Part shown: piece after piece, positions 40,382 to 48,127 of the stretch | How positions within the stretch are numbered: position 1 is the first letter of the stretch | Layout of the letters: every line of letters starts with the position of its first letter | Source: Chthoniobacter flavus | GTDB taxonomy: Bacteria; Verrucomicrobiota; Verrucomicrobiia; Chthoniobacterales; JACTMZ01 | Assembly: GCA_945878135.1 (NCBI GenBank) | Contig: CAMDUL010000002.1 | Coordinates: 79,349 to 143,348 of the forward strand | Reading direction: 5' to 3' | Length of the DNA stretch: 64,000 bases | Program-made: the position numbers and the translations under genes | The notes under the pieces: model-generated | Databases searched by the model: none | What the model was told of the DNA's origin: nothing | The model's input: only the letters and a program-made list of their open reading frames with translations

Positions 40382-41908
40382 CTAGGATTTCGCCAAGCAC
40401 TTCGTGCCCCAGCCGCACGGGCCGTAGCACTCGGGCTTGGAGAAGCTGTGCATCTTGGGCGCGGCCGGGACGTCACCCGGCTCGAGCTTCACGCTCTTCA
40501 GCGTGTCTTCCAAGCGGTTGAGCGTCTCGTCGAGCAGTTCCTGCGGCACGTTGAGCGCCGGTTCGATGCGGATGCTTTCCGCGCTGATCAAGGTCCCCGC
40601 GGTCAACACGCGGCGGTGGAACATGCCTTGCGCGACTTTGTAGCCGACGGTGGAGGACGGGAATTTCAAGCCGATGAGCAATCCCTGACCGGTCACGTCT
40701 TTCAGAATATCCGGATAACGCGCCTTCAACTCGTTGAGCTTGGCCATCATGTAGTGACCTTTGCGCGCGGCCTGGCCCGGGGTGTCTTCCTCGAACATGA
40801 CCTCGATGGCGGCCAGGGCCGCGGCGCAGGCGATCGGGTTGCCGCCGGTCGTCGTGGTGTGCATGAACGGGTTGGGCTCCATCACGCTCCAGATCTTCGC
40901 GGTGGAGAAAAATCCGCTGCAGGCCACCACGCCTCCGCCCAGGGCTTTGCCGAAGCACATGATGTCCGGCGCAATCCCGGAATGGTCGACCCCGAAAACT
41001 TTGCCCGTGCGGCCGAAACCGGTCTGCACCTCGTCGGCAATGAGGAGGACATTGTAGTGGTCGCAGATCGCACGCAGGCGCGGCAGGAAGTCCGGCGGGG
41101 GGACAATGGCCCCGGCCTCGCCCTGCACGGGTTCGATAATGACGGCGGCCATATCGTCGCCGACGCTCTGCGCCGCCTCGAGTTCCTTCTCGACCGCACA
41201 AGCGCAGCCGTAGGGCACGAAACGCACGCCCTCGAGCAGCGGCAGGATCGGTTCACGGAAGACGCTTTTGCCGGTGACGGACAACGACCCGAGCGTTTTG
41301 CCGTGGAAACCTTTCTGCATCGAGATGATGCCTTTTTTGCCGGTGTAGAATTTCGCGAGCTTCAGCGCGCCCTCGATCGCTTCGGTGCCGCTGTTGGCGA
41401 AGAATCCCTTCTGGATGTCGCCCGGCGTGATGTGGGCCATGACGCGTCCGAGTTGCGCGCGCAGCGGGTCGAGCATTTCCTGCGAGTATTGCGGCGAGCG
41501 GTCGAGTTGCGCCTTGACTGCTTCGATGATCTTCGGATGGCGCAGCCCGTAGCTGTAGAGCCCGAACCCGCCGAGCATGTCGATGAACTCGCGGCCGAGG
41601 GCGTCGCGGATGAGCGAGCCTTCGCCCTCCCATTCGGTGAAAGCGAACTCGCCGCCGAGGGTGGCCGACTTGCGGTGCTCGAGAAACCCGGCGTTGATGT
41701 GCTGGGCGAAATTTTCCACCGTCTGCTCGGCAATGCGCTGGCGCGCCTCGAGCGAGACCTCCTTGGCCGGCTTCTTGACCAGATCCAGCATCCACCGCGC
41801 CTCTTCCAAGGCGTATTCGTGGTCGCGCAGATGCGGCGACTCCAAATGCTTGGCGGAGACATCCGCCGCACTCGGGGCGCGGGAAGGGGGCGTTTCGGAC
41901 AAAGCCAT
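40382..41908 (-). CDS. patA: class-III aminotransferase closely resembling putrescine aminotransferase (YgjG/PatA)
   Basis: It appears collinear with my recollection of E. coli YgjG. Examples are 'NAGFLEHRKS', 'FIDMLGGFGLYSYGLRHP', 'FFANSGTEAIEGALKLAK', 'LIADEVQTGFGRTGK', 'FGKALGGG' and 'PFMHTTTTGGNP'. It carries an extra Cys-rich tail of about 30 aa. Confidence 0.8.
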   Translation of the reverse strand: MALSETPPSRAPSAADVSAKHLESPHLRDHEYALEEARWMLDLVKKPAKEVSLEARQRIAEQTVENFAQHINAGFLEHRKSATLGGEFAFTEWEGEGSLIRDALGREFIDMLGGFGLYSYGLRHPKIIEAVKAQLDRSPQYSQEMLDPLRAQLGRVMAHITPGDIQKGFFANSGTEAIEGALKLAKFYTGKKGIISMQKGFHGKTLGSLSVTGKSVFREPILPLLEGVRFVPYGCACAVEKELEAAQSVGDDMAAVIIEPVQGEAGAIVPPPDFLPRLRAICDHYNVLLIADEVQTGFGRTGKVFGVDHSGIAPDIMCFGKALGGGVVACSGFFSTAKIWSVMEPNPFMHTTTTGGNPIACAAALAAIEVMFEEDTPGQAARKGHYMMAKLNELKARYPDILKDVTGQGLLIGLKFPSSTVGYKVAQGMFHRRVLTAGTLISAESIRIEPALNVPQELLDETLNRLEDTLKSVKLEPGDVPAAPKMHSFSKPECYGPCGWGTKCLAKS

Positions 41909-41962
41909 GATGACTTCAATAGACAGCGGGATAGCGTGCGCCGCAAGGCGATTCGGGCGGCT

Positions 41963-43345
41963 TCAGATGACGGGATCGCCCACCTCGACCGGCTCCGCGC
42001 AACGCTTGGCGTGCACACTGACCACCCGCCGTCCGTCCGTCTGGCTCACGGTGAACTCGTATCCGTCGACCCGCACCCGCTCGCCTTTTTTCGGGAGATG
42101 CCCGAGTTCATGCGTCAGATAACCGCCAATGGTGCTCACCTCGGGGCTCTCGACTTTCACGCCGAGCAAATCATCGAGGTCGTGCAAAGCCACGCCGCCG
42201 TCGAGGACAAATTCATCCTCGCCGACTTTCCGGTAGTCCTCCTCGTCGGTGTCGAACTCGTCCTGGATCTCGCCGACCAGTTCGGCCAGCACGTTGTCCA
42301 GCGTGACCACGCCGACCGCGCCGCCGTATTCGTCGACCACCACGGCGAGGTGCGCGCCTTTGCCGAGGAAGAGCTTGAGCAGTCGCTCCAACGGCATGAG
42401 CTCCGGCACATGGACCAGCTCGCGCTTGATCGAAAGGAGATCGGTCTTGTCCTCCTGCACCAAGACGAGCAAATCCTTGATATGCGCCAGACCGACCGCG
42501 TCGTCGAGGTGCCCCCGGCAGAGCGGGAAACGCGTATGACGCGAATCGAGGGCGGTGCGCACGTTGTCCTCGAAACTCTCCTCCAGATCGAGGAAGACCA
42601 CTTCGCCGCGCGGCGTCATGATATCGCGCACCACGCGTTTGCGCAGATCGAGGGCGTTGATCAGGATCTCGCGACCCAGCGTGCTCACCGTGCTGCCGTC
42701 GGCCTCGGCCGTGTGGCGGAGGAGGGCGCGCAGTTCGTCCTCCGCATCCTCTCCCGCCACCTGCGGATCGGGCGGCGTGCGCAGGACACGGCGCAGAATC
42801 CAGCCGGACGCCAGATCGACCACGCGCACCAACGGACGCAACGCGAAGTGGAAGAGCCGCATCGGGCGCGCCGCGAAAAGCATGACCTGCCGCGCGCGCC
42901 GGATGGCCAGCAGTTTCGGCACCTGCTCGCCGATGACCACGTGCAAAAAGGCCAGGACCGAAAAAACCAGCGCGAACGAGACCACCGCCACCAGTGTCTC
43001 ACCGCGGAGACCGAACCACGCCAGCCACGGCTCGAGCAGCGGGCCGACAAAAGGCGCGCCCGCCCAGCCCAGCCCGAGGCTGGTCAGGGTGATCCCGAGC
43101 TGCGCCGCCGACAAATAAGGCTGCGTGTTTTGCAGCATCTTGCGCACGCGCGCGCCGTTGCGGCATCCGCCGAAATCGTCATCCTCGTCCCAGCCCCCCG
43201 CGCGGAGTTTCACCATGGCGAATTCCGCCGCGACGAAAAACGCGTTGAGGAAAAGCAGCACCGCCACCGCGAGCAGGCGCCAGCCCGCCCCGGCGGCGAT
43301 CTCCGGACCGGCGGAAGCCAGGGATATGGAAAGGGGAAAAGTCAT
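41963..43345 (-). CDS. CNNM/TlyC-family transporter-associated protein (DUF21 + CBS pair + CorC_HlyC)
   Basis: The N-terminal four-TM DUF21 region includes 'EFAMVKLR'. It is followed by CBS domains and the C-terminal 'VSTIGGYLTHELGHLPKKGERVRVDGYEFTV'. Confidence 0.9.
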   Translation of the reverse strand: MTFPLSISLASAGPEIAAGAGWRLLAVAVLLFLNAFFVAAEFAMVKLRAGGWDEDDDFGGCRNGARVRKMLQNTQPYLSAAQLGITLTSLGLGWAGAPFVGPLLEPWLAWFGLRGETLVAVVSFALVFSVLAFLHVVIGEQVPKLLAIRRARQVMLFAARPMRLFHFALRPLVRVVDLASGWILRRVLRTPPDPQVAGEDAEDELRALLRHTAEADGSTVSTLGREILINALDLRKRVVRDIMTPRGEVVFLDLEESFEDNVRTALDSRHTRFPLCRGHLDDAVGLAHIKDLLVLVQEDKTDLLSIKRELVHVPELMPLERLLKLFLGKGAHLAVVVDEYGGAVGVVTLDNVLAELVGEIQDEFDTDEEDYRKVGEDEFVLDGGVALHDLDDLLGVKVESPEVSTIGGYLTHELGHLPKKGERVRVDGYEFTVSQTDGRRVVSVHAKRCAEPVEVGDPVI

Positions 43346-43447
43346 CGTTCAGTCACGCGGAAGGAAAAAAGAGAAACGCCGGAGCAACCACTCCGGCGCG
43401 CGATCAACAACATCAGCGGCACCGGCCGGTGCCGCTCCCGGCACCTG

Positions 43448-43717
43448 TCACCAGCTGGCCTTGGTTACCCCCGGGATCAGACCCGCGCAGGCCAGCTCGC
43501 GGAAGGTCAAACGCGACATCTGGAATTCCCGGATGTAAGCGCGCTTGCGGCCCGAGACGCGGCAGCGGTTCGACAAACGAACCGGGCTGGCATTGCGCGG
43601 CAATTGCGAAAGGGCGAGGTAGTCGCCTTTCTTTTTCAACTCCGCGCGCAGTTCGGCGTGTTTCGCCACCGTCTCGCGCTTGCGCTTTTCGCGCTCTTTC
43701 CATGCAGTCTTGGCCAT
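43448..43717 (-). CDS. rpsN: 30S ribosomal protein S14 (89-aa, non-zinc C-minus type)
   Basis: The sequence '[51 protein letters not shown]' is present. It has no CxxC pairs. The gene stands alone in this window, not within an spc-operon context. Confidence 0.9.
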   Translation of the reverse strand: MAKTAWKEREKRKRETVAKHAELRAELKKKGDYLALSQLPRNASPVRLSNRCRVSGRKRAYIREFQMSRLTFRELACAGLIPGVTKASW

Positions 43718-43869
43718 AATTCAGAAAATGGTCGCGTAGCATCCCACCGCGGCTCCCGCTTGGCAAGCTCTAAATAAATCGGAACGAAAAAATACCTCTG
43801 TCCAAGCGAAATATTTGACACCCCACCAGCCGCGGTTAATTCTTTCCCTCCTGTCCGTCGAGAGGCTCC

Positions 43870-44793
43870 TTGCCGAACCGCCAACAGCTGTCACCACCCG
43901 CCATGAACGAGCCCAAAAAAGAAACCGTCCGCATCGTGCTGCCCCCGCGGCGTGATGGCACGCCCGTCGCCGCCAATCCCCGCGAAGCAGCCATGATCAA
44001 TCTCCCTCCCAAGCCCTTGCCCACCGCCGCCGCCGCACCGGCCGGCATGCCCGCGCCCCCGAGGCCGGCCATGCCCCCCGTCCCGAGCGCGTCCACTCCG
44101 CCGCCCCCGAAGCCGTTCAGCATGCCCTCGACACCTCCGGCACCAAGCGTACCCGCCGCCCCCAAGGTCCCGATCCCGGCCGCACCCAGTGCGCCCAGTG
44201 CGTCTGCGGCCCCCGCGGTCCCACCGCCACCGAGACCGGTCGGCGTTGTTCCTCCCGCGCCCAAAGCGAACGTGCCCGGCGCTCCGGCCGTCCAGACCGC
44301 CCCCGTGCCGACCGCTCCGAAACCTCCCGCAGCTCCGGCCCCACTCGCCGGCGTGACCGCTCCGAAACCGCCGATGCCGGCCAGCCTGACCCCGCCCAAA
44401 CCGCCGGCCCCGCAACCGCCGGCAAAGATGGCGGCGGCCCCGGGCGCGCCGACCCCGCCGGCTCCCCTCAAGCCGGCCGTGTCCGCGCCCAAGCCTGCCG
44501 TGGCGCCCCCGGCCGCGCTGCGACCGGCTGCCCCCGGCGCCGAAGCGAAAAAATCCACCGCCAAGGTGGAAGTCACTCCCCCGGCCCGGCCAGCCCCGCA
44601 AGCCACGGTGAAAATCGCCCCGGCCCCTGCGGCCGGAGCAGCCGCAGCTCCCGCCCCCGCCTTGAAAAAAGCCGAAGTCGCCGAACCGGAAGCCGTGGAT
44701 TCGTCCGCCGACTCCATGACCGGCATCCTTGCCATCGCCGCCACACTCCTCGCCCTCGCGGCGCTCGGCATGCAGGTTTGGATGTTCCTCTAA
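43870..44793 (+). CDS. Pro/Ala-rich low-complexity protein with C-terminal transmembrane anchor
   Basis: An N-terminal 'MNEPKKETVRIVLPPRRDG' is followed by about 250 aa of P/A-rich sequence and a single C-terminal TM ('GILAIAATLLALAALGMQVWMFL'). Strand and frame were chosen because only this frame has structured termini. The start may be at 43903. Confidence 0.5.
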   Translation: MPNRQQLSPPAMNEPKKETVRIVLPPRRDGTPVAANPREAAMINLPPKPLPTAAAAPAGMPAPPRPAMPPVPSASTPPPPKPFSMPSTPPAPSVPAAPKVPIPAAPSAPSASAAPAVPPPPRPVGVVPPAPKANVPGAPAVQTAPVPTAPKPPAAPAPLAGVTAPKPPMPASLTPPKPPAPQPPAKMAAAPGAPTPPAPLKPAVSAPKPAVAPPAALRPAAPGAEAKKSTAKVEVTPPARPAPQATVKIAPAPAAGAAAAPAPALKKAEVAEPEAVDSSADSMTGILAIAATLLALAALGMQVWMFL

Positions 44794-44831
44794 AAAAAAC
44801 CGAAACGCCAACAACCCACCGCTCACACCAT

Positions 44832-45161
44832 ATGGCCAGCGCCAACGTCCTCCACCTCAACGACAGCAACTTCGACAGCGAAATCAACAAAGGCGACACT
44901 CCGGTCCTCGTCGATTTCTGGGCCCCTTGGTGCGGACCGTGCCGCATGATCGCGCCCGTCCTCGACAAGATCGCCGACGCCACCGTGGGCCAAGCCGTTG
45001 TGGCCAAGGTCAACGTCGATGAAGCCCCCGGCGTGGCCGGCCGCTTCCGCGTCTCCTCCATCCCGACGCTTCTCTTTTTCAAAAACGGCGAAGTGCGCGA
45101 ACAGGTTGTCGGGCTCCAGAGCGAAGCCGACCTGACCTCAAGGCTGAAGGCCTTGATGTAG
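44832..45161 (+). CDS. trxA: thioredoxin
   Basis: The sequence 'VLVDFWAPWCGPCRMIAP' carries the WCGPC active site. The protein is 109 aa from 'MASANVLHLND'. Confidence 0.95.
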   Translation: MASANVLHLNDSNFDSEINKGDTPVLVDFWAPWCGPCRMIAPVLDKIADATVGQAVVAKVNVDEAPGVAGRFRVSSIPTLLFFKNGEVREQVVGLQSEADLTSRLKALM

Positions 45162-45255
45162 TTGAAAGTTGAAGGATGAGAGCCGGAGCAAAGCGGAGAC
45201 AGGTCGCCGCGGCGACCAATTGAGGGACTGAGCATGAGCGATTTACGTCATCGGC

Positions 45256-46266
45256 TTGCCTCACTCTTGGGGTGAGTCCGCCCGGATCGACAAGTTGTTT
45301 TCTCTCAACCTTCAGTCCTCAACTTCCCGCGCGCTCCCCGCGGCACTCGCCTGCGAGACGTCCCGCCTCGCGCGGGAATCCAACCTCTACCTCGGCACGT
45401 CCTCGTGGAAATACGAGGGTTGGCTCGGACAGATCTACGACGAGCAACGCTACCTCACGCGCGGGAAACTCTCGACCAAACGCTTCGAGACCGAGTGCCT
45501 CGAGGAATACGCGGAGATTTTCCCCTCGGTCTGCGTCGATGCCGGCTACTACCGGTTCCCCTCGGAAAAATACCTCACCAACCTCGGCGCGCAGGTGCCG
45601 GACGGATTCCGCCTGAGCTTCAAAGTCACCGACGAAATCACGGTCAAAAAATTTCCCAGACTCGACCGTTTCGGCGACCGCGCCGGCACGGACAACGCAC
45701 ATTTCCTCGACGCCAAACTTTTCATCGACGCGTTCCTCGGCCCTCTGTCCCCGCATCGCCAAAAAACCGGCGTCCTCATCTTCGAATTCTCCGCGTTTTA
45801 CCCCACACACTTCGAACGCCTGCGCGACTTCATTGCCGTGCTTGATCATTTTCTCGGACGACTCCCCGCCGACTGGCAATACGGCGTCGAGGTACGCAAC
45901 GCCAAGTTGCTGCGCGCGGAATACTTCGACGTCCTCCGCGCGCACAATGTGGCCCACGTGTTCAACAGTTGGACAAAAATGCCGCCCGTTGACGAGCAGA
46001 TGGCCATGCCCGGGGCCTTCACCGCCGACTTTTTCGCCGCCCGCTTTCTCCTCCGCCCCGGCCGCGCCTACCAGCAGGCCGTCGACAGCTTCCAGCCCTA
46101 CGGTGAAACCAAAGAAAAAAACGAAGAAGCCCGCGCCGCCCTTCGCTCCCTCATCAAGCGCAGCGTGACCCGTCCCACCGCCCGTCCCAGCTACGCCTTC
46201 GTCAACAACCGCCTCGAAGGAAACTCGCCGAACACCATCGCCGCCGCTTTGGACGTAAAAATGTAG
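45256..46266 (+). CDS. DUF72 (UPF0759) family protein
   Basis: The sequence 'LYLGTSSWKYEGWLGQIYDE' has the DUF72-typical 'GTSGW.Y..W' N-terminus. The true start is uncertain and probably downstream of 45256. Confidence 0.75.
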   Translation: MPHSWGESARIDKLFSLNLQSSTSRALPAALACETSRLARESNLYLGTSSWKYEGWLGQIYDEQRYLTRGKLSTKRFETECLEEYAEIFPSVCVDAGYYRFPSEKYLTNLGAQVPDGFRLSFKVTDEITVKKFPRLDRFGDRAGTDNAHFLDAKLFIDAFLGPLSPHRQKTGVLIFEFSAFYPTHFERLRDFIAVLDHFLGRLPADWQYGVEVRNAKLLRAEYFDVLRAHNVAHVFNSWTKMPPVDEQMAMPGAFTADFFAARFLLRPGRAYQQAVDSFQPYGETKEKNEEARAALRSLIKRSVTRPTARPSYAFVNNRLEGNSPNTIAAALDVKM

Positions 46267-46322
46267 CGGCGACGTCCACGTCGCCGGTTGTTTCAGCCGA
46301 TCCGTCGGCGGGGACGCCGACG

Positions 46323-47231
46323 CTACATCTTTGGAAGCAAAAACCGCAAGGCCACCGGCAAGCGCTTGGCCCACGCCTTCTCGTTGTGCTCGTCGCCCTC
46401 CCCCGGATTCCAAAGAAAGTCCTTTCCCTCAACGTAGCCCTGCTTGAGCAAGGCGTCGCGCACGGCCAACGCATCTTTCCAGTAGTCGCCGGTAAGGCTC
46501 CCTTTCTCCCGCGTGCCCATGTCCATGTAGATGCGCAGACCATCCTTCTTCGTTCCTTCCATCACCGCCTTGGTGAAATTCGGACTCGTCCAGAAAGCCG
46601 GCGAAAAAACACCAACCGCCCCGAAAACATCCGTGTTCAATCCCAGCCAGAGCGAAACGAGCCCGCCCATCGAGGAACCGGCCGCCACCGTGTTCGCCCG
46701 GTCCGGAAGCGTCCGGTATTTCCCGTCGATGGCCGGCTTCACTTTGCCGGCGAGAAAATTCCCGTAGTGGTCGCAGAGTCCCGGGCCGCGCGACGGGTCG
46801 CGCGGATTCGTGTCGCCCGGCGGCTGATATTCCGTGACCCGCGCATTCCCGAGATCCGCCTCGTTGTTCGGCACGGCCACAATGATCGCTTCGCGCACGC
46901 GGCCGGCCTTCATTTCTTCCGCCGCCGCATCCTCCGCGAACCAGCATCCGAAGGGTCCGCCCGGACGGAACACATTCTGCCCGTCATGGAAATAAATCAC
47001 CGGATACCGCTCTTCTCCTTTGTCATAGCCCGCAGGCAACCAGACCCGCACCTCGCGCGAGGGAATCGAAGCATCATCCGACTCCACCAGCAACGTCTCG
47101 ATCCTCCCACCCGCGCAAGCATTCACCGCCAACAAAAGCAGAACCTGGAGCGTCAACAGCCTGTCCGTCCGCTTGCGGATCCCCGGCCACGGCACTACTC
47201 TCGTGCCAATTCCCAAAAGCGTTCGGGCCAT
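46323..47231 (-). CDS. secreted alpha/beta-hydrolase 'putative esterase' family (enterochelin-esterase/CE1-like)
   Basis: The sequence 'YPVIYFHDGQNVF' and the nucleophile elbow 'AAGSSMGGLVSL' are present. The start is chosen at 'MARTLLGIG...' (47231), which has a signal-like region. The track's earlier start at 47279 lies inside the repeat element. Confidence 0.8.
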   Translation of the reverse strand: MARTLLGIGTRVVPWPGIRKRTDRLLTLQVLLLLAVNACAGGRIETLLVESDDASIPSREVRVWLPAGYDKGEERYPVIYFHDGQNVFRPGGPFGCWFAEDAAAEEMKAGRVREAIIVAVPNNEADLGNARVTEYQPPGDTNPRDPSRGPGLCDHYGNFLAGKVKPAIDGKYRTLPDRANTVAAGSSMGGLVSLWLGLNTDVFGAVGVFSPAFWTSPNFTKAVMEGTKKDGLRIYMDMGTREKGSLTGDYWKDALAVRDALLKQGYVEGKDFLWNPGEGDEHNEKAWAKRLPVALRFLLPKM

Positions 47232-47240
47232 GCTCCCCAA

Positions 47241-47306
47241 GGTAGGGACGAGCGGCCCGCTCGTCTGCTCTTTTCCCAACGGACACGCGGGTTGCGTGTC
47301 CCTACC
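47241..47306. repeat. 66-nt double-hairpin palindromic element, copy 2 (9 nt upstream of esterase start)
   Basis: The element reads GGTAG-GGACGAGCGGCCCGCTCGTCT-GCTCTTTTCCCAAC-GGACACGCGGGTTGCGTGTCC-CTACC. Confidence 0.9.
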
Positions 47307-47695
47307 CTCCCGAGTAACTCGAAGTGTTTTGAGGCACCGACGCTCATAGACCGCCGCTACAATTTTTTGTCGAGGTGTAGCGGCGCTCTATGAGCGTCGG
47401 TGCCTTTCCCTCTTTGCAACGAGAGTAGCCCCAGTTACTCCCAAACCACACCCGCCCACGTGCGGGTTCGGGGACTCCCGAGTAACTTGAAGTGTTTTCG
47501 CGCAGCGACGGTCATATCAGTTGGCTTCGCTTTGCTTCAGCCTGTCTCGCCAAGCCTCGGCTGACGCGCCGCGACAAGCTTTCGTCGAGGTGTAGCGGCG
47601 CTCTATGAGCGTCGGTGCCTTTCCCTCTGGCAGGGACTGGTGACCCCAGTTACTCCCAAACCACACCCGCCGCGCGCGGGTTCAGGGACTCCCTA
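47307..47695. repeat. non-coding block of two tandem repeat units (about 168 and 218 bp) containing a 30-bp inverted repeat
   Basis: Three segments recur with only a few substitutions. Segment 47307-47330 recurs at 47475-47498. Segment 47369-47413 recurs at 47584-47627. Segment 47431-47479 recurs at 47645-47693. In unit 1 the arms 47332-47361 and 47376-47405 form an inverted repeat matching at 29 of 30 positions. Confidence 0.85.
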
Positions 47696-47718
47696 ACGCA
47701 AGCAACTTGCCACGGCAG

Positions 47719-47771
47719 GGATCGCTGGCCTCTGAGCCCGTAGGGCTCCACGAGCCGGAGGCCAGCGATCC
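47719..47771. other. nested perfect hairpin
   Basis: The outer stem GGATCGCTGGCCTC (47719-32) / GAGGCCAGCGATCC (47758-71) is a perfect 14 bp. It encloses an inner hairpin GAGCCC-GTA-GGGCTC (47734-48). Confidence 0.7.
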
Positions 47772-47835
47772 GCACCAACGACCCTTAACTCGGAATATTT
47801 GTCATCACACCCATTCTGTGGTTTCGTCTCTCCGG

Positions 47836-48063
47836 ATGAGCGCCGCCGGAGTCATGAATCTCGCCAAGCAGCTCCCCGAAAAGGAGGTGCTCGACTTGGC
47901 GCGGCTGCTCGACGCATGGACTGCCGCTATGGTTGATCAAAAACTCGAAGCTGCCGTTCAATCCGGCGCTTTCGACCAAATGGCGGCCGATGCCCTGCAA
48001 GAGTTGGAGAACGGGAAGACCATTCCTCTCGATGAAGTCCTCCACGACCCGCGCCTTTCGTAA
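47836..48063 (+). CDS. hypothetical small protein (75 aa), weakly antitoxin/addiction-module-component-like
   Basis: This is the protein-like part of ORF 47707..48063. It reads 'MSAAGVMNLAKQLPEKEVLDLARLLDAW...ALQELENGKTIPLDEVL'. The resemblance is only by pattern, and there is no partner toxin gene adjacent. Confidence 0.35.
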   Translation: MSAAGVMNLAKQLPEKEVLDLARLLDAWTAAMVDQKLEAAVQSGAFDQMAADALQELENGKTIPLDEVLHDPRLS

Positions 48064-48127
48064 GCTACGAAAGGCAAGTGTGGCAAAAGATTGACCTCCG
48101 CGGCCCGTCCACGTGCCATCAACCCCG

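Noticed and set aside
40448-43777. A 1109-aa plus-strand ORF covers the aminotransferase, CNNM and rpsN genes. It is the longest ORF in the track.
   Set aside because: It is antisense to three minus-strand genes with strong family matches. It has no domains and an Arg/Gly/Asp/His-rich composition. It is a classic high-GC artefact, not a giant novel protein.
43718-43869. I looked for a Zur box or a strong sigma-70 promoter in the AT-richer rpsN / Pro-rich-gene divergent spacer.
   Set aside because: Only a lone TTGACA hexamer (43816-43821) is present, with a poor -10 candidate. I found no palindrome resembling Zur or Fur boxes, so it is too weak to report as a feature.
43836-44826. Two minus-strand ORFs of 311 aa (43836..44771 and 43891..44826) mirror the Pro/Ala-rich gene.
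   Set aside because: They are Gly/Ala/Arg homopolymer-like translations of the complement of the CCN/GCN-rich DNA. They have no structured termini and are kept only as a caveat in the corresponding finding.
47307-47695. I considered whether the tandem repeats form a CRISPR array.
   Set aside because: There are only two units, about 170-220 bp long. The shared segments are interspersed rather than arranged as short identical repeats with unique spacers. No cas genes lie nearby.
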